From positions 42,358,464 through 42,422,463 of the forward strand of contig NC_043011.1 in NCBI RefSeq assembly GCF_006345805.1: a DNA stretch of 64,000 nt, read 5' to 3'. The position numbers and the translations under genes are program-made. Below the pieces are notes generated by a model. It was not told where the DNA came from. It was given only the letters and a program-made list of their open reading frames with translations, and made no database searches. Numbering within the stretch: the first letter of the stretch is position 1; every line of letters starts with the position of its first letter. The DNA comes from Octopus sinensis. Lineage: Eukaryota. This document shows positions 24,736-38,100 of this stretch, in pieces.

Positions 24736-26093
24736 GTATGTCAACAGACTTTAGGAAAACAACCCCACAGGAAGTCGGTGGAGAGTGGGCACAAAGCTGT
24801 AGGTATGCCACAACTCCTCTCTCATGCACACACACACATTTAAATATATATCTATATATTACTCTTATTTGTTTCAGTCATTGTTGACTGCAGCCATGCT
24901 GGGGCACCGCCTTAAAGGGTTGTTTAATCAAAGAAATCGACCCCAGGACTTATTCTTCGTGCACCTAGTACTTATTCTATCAGTCTTTTTGCCAAACTGC
25001 TACGTTACAGAGATAGAAGTGATAGTGGGCAGACAAACAGACACACACACATACAACAGACTTCTTTCAGTTTCTGTCTACCAAATATACTCACAAGGTT
25101 TTGGTCAGCCTGAGACTGGTTGGGAAGCAAGCTTAAGAGTATACAAAGGAAAGAAAAACAATAACAGCTGACAAGACAATAGAAAATTGAGTTAAAAATA
25201 TAAGTATTTGCTATTATTTCAATTTCCTTCAAAGCTAAAGTTAAAAATTCTGTGTGTGCACACACACACACACACAGCTGTCGTGTAAAGCCAGAACAAT
25301 GCACAAAGTAAACAAAAAAATAAAGAAAACAAAAAGGTTGCAGTTTTACCTTGTATTTCTGTAGTTCAGGGCTATGACCCCTTATTCAGAACGTTTCAAA
25401 AAAGCGGTTGTTGGAAAAAGTCATTGCTCAGATGTGTGGGGGAGAAAGGGAAGGAAAGTGACATGCGCAGATTGGTGTTGCTATAAACAAGTCTGCTTCA
25501 TGTAGTTCCTACCTGTTAATGATTGATTTCAATTTGATTATAAGGAGGACCTCCATGTTTCTTTGTTGTGTTGGGCAGGCTAGAGGAATACTTTAAAATC
25601 CTGGGTTGCAGATGTGCAATTTCCTGATGGCGTTCCCTAAGTAGGATGCTGCACATTTGCTGCAGACTATTTTGTATACCATATAGGCCCTTGAGCACAT
25701 TTTGATGTCATCAATAGGGCGATTGCTGAGTGTGCACCCCACAATGCTATCTGTGATATTATTCCTTGATAGAAATTTTTTTCAGAGATGGACTGGTGTG
25801 CACCATTTCTCTGCTGTATTTCCAGATCTAAATCACAGAGCAGGGTTCCATCAATATTAATTTTTACAGAAATGCAGGCAGTTGGAACCTGTTTGTATAC
25901 AAGTCAGTCCTGACTAGCAGAGCAAAAGCCACGTATGTGCAAAATGAAATCATACGTGTAAGAGACAGATGTTGTTAAACAATTGTCAAAGCTGTCAACA
26001 CCAAATGGTTTCCCAAGAGCTTAGCACAGAGTGGCTACATCTCACCGACAGAACTAAGGCTATACATATCACATGCCATTTTCCCATGATCTC

Positions 26094-26478
26094 ACTCTTT
26101 TTACTCTTTTACTTGTTTCAGTCTTTTGACTGTGGCCATGCTGGAGCATTGCCTTTAGTCGAGCAAATCGACACCGGGACTTATTCTTTGTAAGCCCAGT
26201 ACTTATTCTATCGGTCTCTTCTGCTGAACCGCTAGGTGACGTAAACACACCAGCATCGGTTGTCAAGCAATGCTAGAGGGACAAACATATACATATATAT
26301 ATATATACATATATACGACAGGCTTCTTTCAGTTTCCGTCTACCAAATCCACTCACAAGGCTTTGATCGGCCCAAGGCTATAGCAGAAGACACTTGCCCA
26401 AGATGCCACGCAGTGGGACTGAACCCGGAGCCATGTGGTTGGTTAGCAAGCTACTTACCACACAGCCACTCCTGCGCC
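26094..26478 (-). mobile_element. SINE family A, full length
   Basis: Reverse complement of the family consensus. Confidence 0.9.
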
Positions 26479-27029
26479 TTCTTTCATTTGACCCAGACAT
26501 TTTAATTTTTTGGTGCATTTCTGATCTTTCTGATGTCTAAGGACGAATATTAATATGTATGAGTCTTTTTTCGAATGTAATTCTAGAGAAGAGGCAAATT
26601 TACCTCATCTTATTTTGTCTTACTCATTTTGCTCCAGCTAAATTTGTCTTTTATATGCTCAAAGAGAACAGAGATAATGTTCTCAAGTGCCCTTTTGGCA
26701 ATCTTTCGCAGAAAGTATTAGAAATGAAAGTATTTGTTCCCTAAAATTTTTTTTTCATTTCTTTAACTCTTTTTTCAGTTGAATCACTCATGTTTATGTA
26801 TTTTTTGTATATAATAAATAATAATAATAATAATTGTGTACAGTGCTCAGGTGCACTACAACTCATCTAAAGTGTATATATAATCAGGTGTAGTTTCGAC
26901 GGATTTCGGGAAGCATGAGGGCCTTAAAGGATGCAGTGTCATGGCAGTCAACAACTGATGCAGGCAGTTTATTCCACGCTTGTATGTGCTTCTGAGTATG
27001 TGTGTGTGTGTGTATATATATATATCTAT

Positions 27030-27060
<31 letters not shown>

Positions 27061-28257
27061 AATAGACATATATACATTCACTAATATATATACATATATA
27101 AACATAAGCAGTTCAGCTGAAAACAATATTATCATTGTGAATAAATGTAAAAAACTCTTTTTTTTCTCAAAGTCAAAAATGCAATCCTCAATGTGTTCCA
27201 CTAAACAAGTCTGTTAAACCCAAAATTTCATAAAACCCGGTTTCTATTGTTTTCAGATTGTCCTAGCATATTTGATATTGTACATGTCATTTCACGTCTT
27301 TTTTATCATACACACACACACACACAACAGTCTTGCTCAGTCAAGATTACACGTGTTACTTTGACATCATCCTTCCATAAAATTTGTTTATGGGGAGAAA
27401 AATATCAATAGCTGTGTGCATGAGAAAGAAACGAGGAAAGTTTTGGGATGTGCTAGAAACAACAGCCAGATCTCCCTTAAATGGCACATTTTCCCCTGAA
27501 ATTAATTTTTTAAAAACTGAAAATGCTTCTCTCACAGGTTTTAATTGCGCAGGGAAAAAAAAGAAACATGGCCAAAATCGTTTCGGACTGGGATGATGAA
27601 GGGGTGGCAAGAATGAAGAAAAATTTTCAAAAGTTTTATTTATCCGTGAAAAAATTTGTCTCATTATTCTGAAGACTTGGGTGAAAAACATTGGAAAAAA
27701 ATCCCCTTCAAAACAGAGAAATTCCAACTTATGTGGGCGGTCTGATCCAAAACTCATCCCCCTGTCCCCTTCCAAAAATTTTACTGACAAATTTCTTTGT
27801 AATCACAATCTACACTGTTTGAAAGGTATTTGTACAAAATTTCATTAAAAAATACCTATTTTCCAGAAAGTTACAAGGGGGGAAAATGTCGGGTCCTGTG
27901 AATTTTCCTCTCTCCAACCCCTTGGAAAATGTTTTCCAACAAACCTCCACATACACCCAATCTGCAGGATATAAGCGATTATTTGGTGAAAGTTTCACTA
28001 AAAAGTATCCATTTTTCTAGAAGTTATGAGGCAACAAAGTCAGTGGGGTATTAAACTGGGTACTTTTTGGTTATCTCACCCCCACTAAAAAAAACTGGGT
28101 TATCTCTCAAAAAAAAAAAAAAAATCGAGTTCATGTGGCGACAAGAGTTTGGATTAAAAGAGATCCTTTTTATTCAATACTTCAACACATTGTTGATGTT
28201 TGGCCTCCTCAATAGGAATGGTAGGATTTGTTAAAAAAATTATCAGATTCAGTAAGA

Positions 28258-28672
28258 TACTCTTTACTCTTTTACTCTTATTTGTTTCAGTCATTTGACT
28301 GTGGCCATGTTGGAGCACCGCCTTTAATCGAGCAAATCGACCCCAGGACTTATTCTTTTGTAAGCCCAGTACTTATTCTATCGGTCTCTTTTGCCAAAAC
28401 GCTAAGTAAAGGGGATATAAACACACCAGCTTCAGTTGTCAAGCAATGCTAGGGGGACAAACAGACACACAAACACACACACGCATATATATATATATAC
28501 ATATATACAACGGGCTTCTTTCAGTTTCCGTCTACCAAATCCACTCACAAGGCTTTGGTCGGCCCAAGGCTATATAGTAGAAGACACTTGCCCAAGGTGC
28601 CACGCAGTGGGACTGAACCCGGAACCATGTGGTTGGTAAGCAAGCTACTTACCACACAGCCACTCCTATGCC
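28258..28672 (-). mobile_element. SINE family A, full length
   Basis: Reverse complement of the consensus. Partial or old copies also at ~1060-1310, 6465-6620, 12878-13555, 24864-25135, 37582-37662, 38015-38292, 44558-44890, 50796-51000, 51722-52064, 53021-53175, 56361-56472. Confidence 0.88.
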
Positions 28673-28979
28673 TATGTTTAATTTTTTTCCAGTTTTGAAT
28701 GATGTTATAAAAATATCAGATTCAAAGCGATGTTTCATCTCATCACTTTTTATGTTTATGAATTAATGTTTTTTTTGTCTTACTGAGGGTAAAACAATTT
28801 TCTTTTTGGTTGAAGGAGATAACCAAAAGTACCGATATTTCTCATAAAAGGGGGGAGGGGGAGACAACCCAATTTTTTAATGGGGGCAAGACAACCAAAA
28901 AGTACCTTAAATGGTAGTATACCTTTTTTTCAATAAAAGTTAACAGCTTAATATTAACTTCCGTTACATTTTCAAAGAA

Positions 28980-29356
28980 TTAACGAAGTTGACTTTTTGA
29001 TTAATGGATTGACGAAGTTGACTTTTGGATTAACGGATTGACAAAGTTGACTTTTGGATTAACGGATTGACAAAGTTGACTTTTTGGTTAACAGATTGAC
29101 AAAGTCGACTTTTTGGTTAACGGATTAACGAAGTCGACTTTTTGGTTAACGGATTAACGAAGTCGACTTTTTGGTTAAAGGATTAAAGAAGTTGACTTTT
29201 TGGTTAAAGGATTAAAGAAGTTGACTTTTTGGTTAAAGGATTAACGAAGTTAACTTTTTTGGTTAACGAATTAACAAAGTTAACTTTTTGATTAACGGAT
29301 TAACAAAGTTAACTTTTTGATTAACGGATTAACAAAGTTAACTTTTTGATTAATGG
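28980..29356. repeat. 29-bp minisatellite, 13 copies
   Basis: Unit TTAACGAAGTTGACTTTTTGGTTAACGGA and variants. Confidence 0.96.
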
Positions 29357-30593
29357 TACCCACCTCTGTACACACACACAGGGTGGGAAATACAAGTTAT
29401 TTAAAGAAAATATCTTTGTGAACATTTGTAAAAATTATTTTCTCAAAGTCAAAAATGCAGTAAATGGTTGTTGATGTGCCTCACTAAATAAATAAATATT
29501 AGGTTGTCCCAAAAGTTCGTAAACACTTGCAAAAGAAAAACAGGGTCAATCTAAAGACCTTCACCAAGTGTGTGGAAAACAAATATGAAAAAAAAAAAAA
29601 ATGTGCACTGACGACCCTGAGGGTTTGGAGGGGACTTTCAGAAAATTCAGCAAAATGGATATACAAAGATTATGATTCTGAAAAAATTTTTGTAAAATTT
29701 CAATTTTTCAGCAAGCAAAAACAAAAAAAGAATATATACCCTCAGGTCTTCAAGTAGGCTATCCACATGCCAAATCTCGCAAAACTGCAATAACATAATG
29801 AAATTTTTGAAAATTTCTTTTTTTCAGAATCGGATCCTCCATAACCAAAAATGTGGGATTCCGTAAAAAAAAAAAAAGAGATAAAAAAAAATCAATATAT
29901 ATATATCCATTTTACCCAAAGTTATGACGGAAAAACCAGTTCTTGTGAATTTTCTGAAAGTCCCCTCCCCACTCCCCAGAGTCGTCAGCACGCATTTTTT
30001 TTTCTCATATTTGTTTTCCACACACTTGTTTGTAGCCTCCAGACTGGTTTACTTTTTTTTTATGTTAACGGGTGAAGGTCTTTGACCAAAAACAGTTGGT
30101 GGGCGCACATATATACATACTGACACTGTGTATATATACATATATGTGTGGTGCTACCCCCCCCCCCCCCGCAACCATTTGACAACTGGTGTGTTTAAAT
30201 CCCTGTAACTTAATGGTTTGGCTTAAAAAAATAATAAGTACTGGGGTAGATTCATTCGACTACAATTCTTCAAGCCAGTGCCCCAGCATGGCCACAGTCT
30301 AATGACTGAAACAAGATAAAGAATCTATAACCTTGAAAACATATCTTTGGTAAACTTCATTAAGAAAAAAAAAGAAAAGGATGCATTTTTCAGAAAGTTA
30401 CGAAGAGACAAATTCAGAGGGCAGGAGTCACAAAACAGCTGTAGTGCCAATATATACATGAGCGTGTGTGTGTGAGTATATATAGAATTGGTTCTTTATT
30501 AACCGCAAAGAGCCATTTCTTCCATCTTGTGTGTACTGAGTGACAAGCATCTCCTCTCCAGCATTTCCAGATGGAAAATAAAAAAGTTCACCA

Positions 30594-30755
30594 GCAGGAG
30601 TGGCTGTGCGGTAAGTAGCTTGCTTACCAACCACATGGTTCCGGGTTCAGTCCCACTGCGTGGCATCTTGGGCAAGTGTCTTCTACTATAGCCTCGGGCC
30701 AACCAAAGCCTTGTGAGTGGATTTGGTAGACGGAAACTGAAAGAAGCCCATCATA

Positions 30756-30808
<53 letters not shown>

Positions 30809-31010
30809 GTGTGTGTGTGTTTGTCCCCCTAGCATTGCTTGATAACCGATGCAGGTGTGTTTACGTCACCGTCACTTAGCGGTTCGGCAAAAGCAACCGA
30901 TAGAATAAGTACTGGGCTTACAAAGAATAAGTCCTGGGGTCGATTTGCTTGACTAAAGGCGGTGCTCCAGCATGGCCGCAGTCAAATGACTGAAAAGAGT
31001 AAAAGAGTAA
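30594..31010 (+). mobile_element. SINE family A, full length
   Basis: Near-identical to the 61287 copy; (AAAGAGT)n tail. Confidence 0.9.
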
Positions 31011-31227
31011 ACCAAGAACCAAGGCTGGAAATGAAAACACCTGCCACTAAACCTTTCATGTGTGTCCTCCACACCATCTCTTTCGCGACAGTCACTAAAG
31101 AGAAGATAGACCTTCCCTTCCCTGTTCAGAGAGGGCAGTGGAACAATATTATTGACTGTTGTACTCTTCCTAGATGTATAAAGAGGCACGAGATGATTAT
31201 TTCACCAACTGATATCCATAAGCACAA

Positions 31228-33020
31228 CTGATGCAGGAGAAATTCCTAGCCAAGGATAAACCTCTGTACTTAGCTTTCATCGACATGGAGAAAGCCTTTG
31301 ACAGGGTCCCCCGATCCCTTATCTGGTGGTCAATGCAGAAACTAGGGATGAGTGGTTGGTGAGAGCTGCACAGGCTATGTACAGGGATGCTGTCAGTAAG
31401 GTGAGGGTTGACAATGAGTTTATTGAAGGATTCCAGGTAGGGGTTCACCAAGGATCAGTCCTCTGCCCCCTCTTATTAATCATAGTCCTCCAAGCAATAT
31501 CAGAGGAACTCAAGGGAGCTCCTGGAACCCTGGGAGCTCCTCTATGCTGATGACCTTGCTCTAATAACTGAGTCACTACCAGAACTAGAGAAGTTTCAGG
31601 TGTCAGAATCAAAGAGCCTTAGAATCAATCTAGCAAAAACTAAAGTCTTGATAAGTAGGAAGGCAGACAAGTCACAAATCCCTTTTGTAGATGGCTCTGC
31701 TCGATCTGTAGAAAAGGCATAGGTAGAAACTATATAAGATGTACCCAGTGTAAGCTATGGACATGTAAGAGGTACAGCAACATCTAAGGAAGATTAACTG
31801 GGAAGACAGTTTTTGTGTGTGACAGATACACAGAGGCAATAACCACCAAAGATGTACAGAAAACAGATTCCATCACATACCAGGGGGAAAAAACTTGTTA
31901 CCTAGGTGACCAAATCAGTAGAGGGAGTGGATGCTCTGAGAACATAGCTGCTAGAATTATACTAGCCTGGACAAAGTTCAGAGAGCTCCTACCTCTGCTA
32001 GCAACAAAGGGCCTCTCACGCAGAGTGGGGAGTAGACTGTATGATGCATGCATGTGAACAGCCAAGCTACATGGCAGTGAAACATGGGCCATGATAGTTG
32101 AGGAGATACATAGGTTTGAAAGAAATGAAGCTAGTATGCTCTGCTGGATGTGTAATGTCAGTGTGCATACATGAAAGAGTGTAAGCACCCTGAGAGAAAA
32201 GTTGAACATAAGAAGTATCTAACAGTGGAGGGAACCTGTGAAAGAGGTAGACCCAGGAAGACATGGGATGAGGTGGTGAAGCACGATCTTCGAATATTGG
32301 GCCTCACAGAGGCAATGACAAGTGACCGAGACCTTTAGAGATATGTATTTCTTTACTGCCCACAAGGGGCTAAACATAGAGGGGACAAACAAGGACAGGC
32401 AAAGGGATTAAGTCGATTATATCGACCCCAGTGCGAAACTGGTACTTTATTGACCCCGAAAGGATGAAAGGCAAAGTTGACCTCGGTGGAATTTGAACTC
32501 AGAACGTAATGACAGATGAAATACGGCTACGCATTTCGCCTGGCGTGCTAACGTCTCTGCCAGCTCGCCTATCCTTTAGAGATATGATGTGCTTGTGAAG
32601 ACCCAGCAAGCCAAGTGAGATCGTAGCCATGGGCAATGCCAGTGTCACATAACTGGCCTGCTTAAAAGTATCCTTCAACTGTTGGGCAATATGCTGTGCT
32701 TGAAAAGACCTGTTGAGTCAAGTGAAATTGTAGTCGTGGCCGATGTCTGTGCCAGTAGCACATAAAAAGCACCGTTCAAGCATGGCCAATGCCAGTGCAC
32801 ATAAAAAGCACATTCGACTGTGGTCAATACCAGTGTCGCCTGACTGGCTCCCATGCCGATGGCACATAAAACACACCCACTATACTCTCAGAGTGGTTGG
32901 CATTAGGAAGGGTATCCAGCTGTAGAAACCTTGCCAGATCAGATTGGAGTCCTCAGTCAAACTGTCCAATCTATGCCAACAGGGAAAGCGGATGTTAAAC
33001 AATGATGCTGATGATGATGA
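31228..33020 (+). mobile_element. 5'-truncated RTE LINE with RT remnant, 3' UTR and (GAT)n tail, interrupted by a SINE
   Basis: DMEKAFDRVP, HQGS.L.PLL, YADD (tatgctgatgac); 3' tail gtggttggcattaggaagggtatccagctgtagaaac...gatgatga. Confidence 0.9.
32346..32572 (-). mobile_element. SINE family B (label mine), full length, 14-bp TSD, inside the RTE
   Basis: TSD CCTTTAGAGATATG at 32332-32345 and 32573-32586; head ggcgagctggcaga...gagttcaaattcc. Confidence 0.92.
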
Positions 33021-34009
33021 AAGCTACAATTGTTTCACAACCAACATCATGAAAAAATAGTTTATTTTTGAGTATAATAATGATTAACTATCAGACTCAC
33101 TCTCTATCATATTATATACAATTTTCCAATACTACTACCCACTATTTCATTTTTAGATATCTTACTAAATCTCCTTTCCTCCCAATCTAAATTATTTTCT
33201 CCATACATAAAGATGTGAAGATGACTTTCTTTCTGAGTTGAAGAATCGATGTAACCATGATATTCTGTGGATCTGATGAGCTAGCCTTCTATATCTTTAT
33301 TAGCTTGTAAAATTTACAATAGTACTATGCAATTTATAGCATACACACTGGTGTAGACATCATCATCATTGTCATTTAACGTTTGCTTTCCATGATGGCA
33401 TGGGTTGGACGGTTTGACTGAGGGCTGGTGAGCCAGAAGGCTGCACCTGACTCCAGTCTGATCTGGCAAAGTTTCTACAGCTGGATGCCCTTTACACCCC
33501 TATCATTTGGTTTACTATGCGGATTGTAGCCTGGTCCTATTAAAGGAGCTTTATCAGTGAGCGAGCACCACCAGATTAAATAAATCCATATACTGTGCAT
33601 TATATATATATATATATATTAAAGAATGGAGAGTCGTTGAAGAGGTCACAGGAGGTGTGACAAAAGATTTCCAGACAAAGGACATAAAATAAGAACAATA
33701 ATAAATCTGAAGTGAAAAACGAATATATAGCACGTGTGTTTATTTGGCAAAAAAAAAAAAAAAATGACCATCCCCAAATATAAAATATATGCGTGTAGGG
33801 TGGCCCAAAAGCAGGTTTACAGTTATTGAACTATTTCGCATTCATATATTAACAGTTTAGATCTTAATTATAGATATTTTGAAGAGGTCATAGGCCAACA
33901 GGTTTTGGAGTCTGACGATACGCCATAAAGCTCAAACCCGTATGAACGGGAAACCTAAAGCAATCTCATAAACCGGCCTTCCCCATTTTTAATATATACT
34001 GCTCTAAGG

Positions 34010-34375
34010 CAGCGAGCTGGCAGAAACGTTAGCACGTCCGGCGAAATGCTTAGCCGTATTTTGTCTGTCTTTACGTTCTGAGTTCAAATTCCGCCGAGGT
34101 CGACTTTACCTTTCATCCTTTCGGGGTCGATATAATCCACTTAATCCGTCTGTCTGTCCTTGTTTGTCTCCTCTGTGTTTAGCCCCTTGCGGGTAGTAAA
34201 GAAATGGGTATTTCGTCTGTCTTTACGTTCTGAGTTCAAATTCCGCCAGGATTGACTTTGCCTGTCATCCTTCCGGGGTCGATAAATTAGGTACCAGTTG
34301 AGTACTGAGGTCGATCTCATCGACTGGCCTCCTCCTCAGAAATTTGGGGCCTTGTGCCTAGAGTAGAAAAGAATA
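34010..34375 (+). mobile_element. SINE family B tandem/chimeric dimer
   Basis: A full unit is followed by a 5'-truncated unit with a different tail. Other B copies at 24476-24661, 53243-53460, ~45775-45895, ~750-960, ~1915-2030. Confidence 0.85.
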
Positions 34376-34816
34376 CATACTGCTCTTTCCCAGATTTATA
34401 TAAATAGTTATGTGTGTGAGTATATACTCTCAGAGTCTAAACCGTCCGCCAAACGAGTACGTGAACCTCTGAGTAGCAGTATTTTATGAGGTTTTTGCAA
34501 CTTCAATAATAATAAAGTACATATACATATATAGGTTATGTTGGTGCAAACAGGAAAAATAGAACTCAAAATAAAAGTATATGTATATTTTTATGACTAT
34601 TTAGCAGAAGTAGACTGCTGTTATAAATAGAACAGCTTTATATTTTCTATATTTTCGCACACCGAAAATATAGTCACTTAGAATAAAATATTTCCACATT
34701 AATATACACAGCTTTAACCAACAACATAAATTGTTTAATTAATAACCAAACCGTGTCAAATATAATAATAATAATAATAATATGGTAATAATAATAAATA
34801 TGACAGAGTATCTTAC

Positions 34817-35037
34817 CCGACAGACACGCGTTTGAATTTCTGAGAGGGAGGTTTAATAAAATTGTCCCACGCTGTAATAATATACTGTTCGTTGCTGGTG
34901 GTATCTTGCGTTTTGTCAACATTGAAGAGACTGAGCAAAGATGTAGGAATATAGGCACTTGGAAAACCGAGAAAGGTGGTGCACAAACAAGCTATAATTA
35001 CAATAAGAGAGGAGACGAGACATAACTTGCCGCGCAT
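34817..35037 (-). CDS. ADPGK: ADP-dependent glucokinase exon 1 (hydrophobic N-terminal anchor; MRGKLCLV...AWDNFIKPPSQKFKRVSVG)
   Basis: ATG at 35037. AW..I.P...RRV.VG pattern matches the ADPGK N-terminus. Donor GTC GG|GTAAGA (phase 2) matches exon 2. Confidence 0.9.
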
Positions 35038-35039
35038 CT

Positions 35040-35170
35040 TGACAAACGGGACGGATGAGATAGATGACCTCTCAAGCTGCTTCGAACATTGCTATCAAAG
35101 GTCAAAATGAGGATGAAGGTCACTTCCGCTTAATCCGACCTGAAAACATGTCGATTACTTCCGTTTCATA
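35040..35170 (-). promoter_or_regulatory. Probable ADPGK TATA-less promoter / 5' UTR with two ETS-type motifs
   Basis: ACTTCCG at 35122-35128 and 35157-35163, plus AGGTCA half-sites, within 130 nt upstream of the ATG. TSS not determinable. Confidence 0.45.
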
Positions 35171-38100
35171 TATTCAGAATATAATTTTTTTTCGGGTTAT
35201 ATTTAGGATATTTATATATATATACACATATATATATATCTCAAACATAACACGAAAAAAAAGTATATATATATACACACACACACATACACACGCGCGC
35301 GCGCGCGATCACACACACACATATGTATGTACAAATATGTACATGGCGGAGGTAAAGATCAGGGACCGCACCCCCTTTGGGGTTTTTTGTTTTTTTTACA
35401 GGAACACACTATATCAAGGGCGGAGATTCCGAATCTGCAGAAAAAAAAGCATTTCAAAATCTTAATTCCCCCTCCCGCTCCCCATCGATTTTTCAAAAAA
35501 AAAATGAAAGAAACACCCCCTTCCCCTCCACCCTATGACAAGAAGTGAAATTAAAGTGTTTTCTCTATTAAAATGTTCACGCATGCATAGAATTATAAAA
35601 TAGCAGATGCAAAAAGTATCTAAAGAGATACTAGAAACATGTTTTCAAAATTTTAATTCGAATTACCAAAGAAGAAAAAATTTCAAAACTTAAATCCTCC
35701 CCCACCCCAGTTTCTTCATTTTTCACTTATTTTAGAAATATTTTTGGCGAAATACGTAGAAAAAAACGGAGATTATGATTCAAAAAAAAAAATTGCTTGC
35801 AAAATTTCAATTAAAAAAAAACACCCATTCACTTCACCCTATGACAGAAAGTGAAATCTCCCCCAGAAGGGCAAAGAATGAATACATGTTTTGGGGAGTG
35901 GGGTTTAAATTTTCAATTTTTAAGAATGCCCCAACCAGAAATCTGACAAGCAAGAAGCAACAGCCAAACCAAGGATCAACTATCTAAATATGAATTACCA
36001 AAAAAGAAAAAAAAATTTGTTAATGTCATTTGTGTGTAAGCAAAAAATCTAATTTTTACATGCCTCTCTTAATTCCTTAAGACCCTCAACCACAACATGT
36101 TGAGTTATGTTCGTTGTGAAACATCAGTAGAGAAAACACTTTAATTTCACTTCTTGGCAAATCGGAGGGGGTTGTAGCGGACCCTTGGTGAAATACTTTC
36201 TCTCTCTCTGACATATATAACATAAACACAGACGTAGCAGATAACAGCTAGCCTACGGCTGTTTGGGCCCAGTTGTATCCACTACTCTGATTGATTGGTA
36301 TTGGCGCAGTTTGTCTCTTACTGTATTACGTGCCAATATGCAACCCAACCAATCGCAACTTTCTGATAAGGTCCCGTGACACAGTCTTCTAAATTCTCTT
36401 CTGAAGCCTCCTATTTGCTATAAAGGCTTCAGTGATCAACCTATCTCGTCTTTGGTTCTAGTCCTTCTAATGACTAACCTCTGACCACAGAGCACCCAGC
36501 GACAGACAGCGACAATACCTACACCAACAGCATTTCAGGACCTCCACCATCGTCGCCTTCATCTTAACGTCGTCTCCGCCACTGTCGCATTCATCTCAAC
36601 AATGCCACAGCCAATCGTATAGGTTTAACTTCACACTATTTGTGAATACTTCACCATGGTTAACAGCTAGCTCAACCTGTGAGCATTTCCTGTATCAAGT
36701 AACCTGGCACAGCATAGAAGCCACAACCACTACACGACATGTATTCCACTGGCCTCTGCCTTGTGACCTCAACTTCTTTGTTACAGAATCTCTACTATTG
36801 TGTATCTTACTACAGACTGGTATCTGTCTTCATCTTGTATCTGAACATTCATCTAGCATCCTATTGTAACCACTTTCTATGCTCTGTATTTTATCTCACA
36901 CTTCATTGTGTCTGAACTTCTAGCGTCCTGTTATAGACTCTTTCTATGCTCTGTATTTTATCTCACACGCATACACCCTTGTTTGTACACACATCCACAT
37001 TATGTATGCTTGACGGCCTGTCTACCTATTACTGTTCTTATGTACTTATGGCGAACACACAGACACACTCATACATGTTATTGTATGCGTGACAGCCTGT
37101 CTATTACTATTGTTCTTATTGTCATCATCATCATCATCATCATCGATTAGCGTCCGCTTTCCATGCTAGCATGGGTTGGACAGTTCAACTGGGGTCTGGG
37201 AAGCCAGGAGGCTGCACCAGGCCCAATCGGATCTGGCAATGTTTCTACGGCTGGATGCCCTTATGACACACACACATACATACACTCTGCTACCCACATG
37301 TTAACATCTAAATAAAACCTTTCTTTTTCATTTACGGTTGTGTCATCTTCTCCTTATTCCTTTTGGCAGTCTTATTCATTCATCCATATTTTGGCTTTTA
37401 TTGTAATTCCTCAACCGTGCGGTGTTTAAAGGAGTCATTCATTCATATCTTTCCTTTTCGCATGGTCGCTCTACAGGGTATTTATTTTTTGGCAATATTG
37501 AAATTTTATCAATTTTTTTTTCAGAATCATAATCACCATAGTTTTCTACATTTTTCACCAAAGATTTTTATAAAAAATATAGGTGCAGGAGTGGCTGTGT
37601 GGTAAGTAGCTTGTTTACCAACCACATGGTTCTGGGTTCAGTCCCACTGTGTGGCACCTTGGGGGGGTTAAAATTTTGGAATGCATTTTTTGCAGATTCA
37701 GAATCTCCGCCAAGGCGGTCTTTACCTCCACCTAAATACATACATACATACGTACGTACATACATATATGTATATAAACGCTCGCACACACAAACACGCA
37801 CAAACGAACATATACAAATATATAAAAGAATGCTTGTGAGCGAGAGAATTCTGTCAGTTTTCAAGAGCATTACTCCTTCATAGTCAGCCTATGAACTTTC
37901 TAGTCTACCCTCGTATGCAATTCCTACAAACTCTATTGAGAGCCACTTTCTTTTGTTTGTTCACTTGTGTGCGTGTGTATCTATCTATCTATCTATATAT
38001 ATATATATATATATCTTTTACTTGTTTCAGTCATTTGACTGCGGCCATGCTGGAGCACCGCCTTTAATCAAGCACCTCGACCCCGGGACTTATTCTTTGT

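Noticed and set aside
16367-29356. CRISPR-like appearance of the 34-bp and 29-bp arrays
   Set aside because: Contiguous units without unique spacers, eukaryotic context, no cas genes.
35064-35465. 133-aa ORF divergent from ADPGK
   Set aside because: Runs through promoter, microsatellite and repeat; no recognisable domain.
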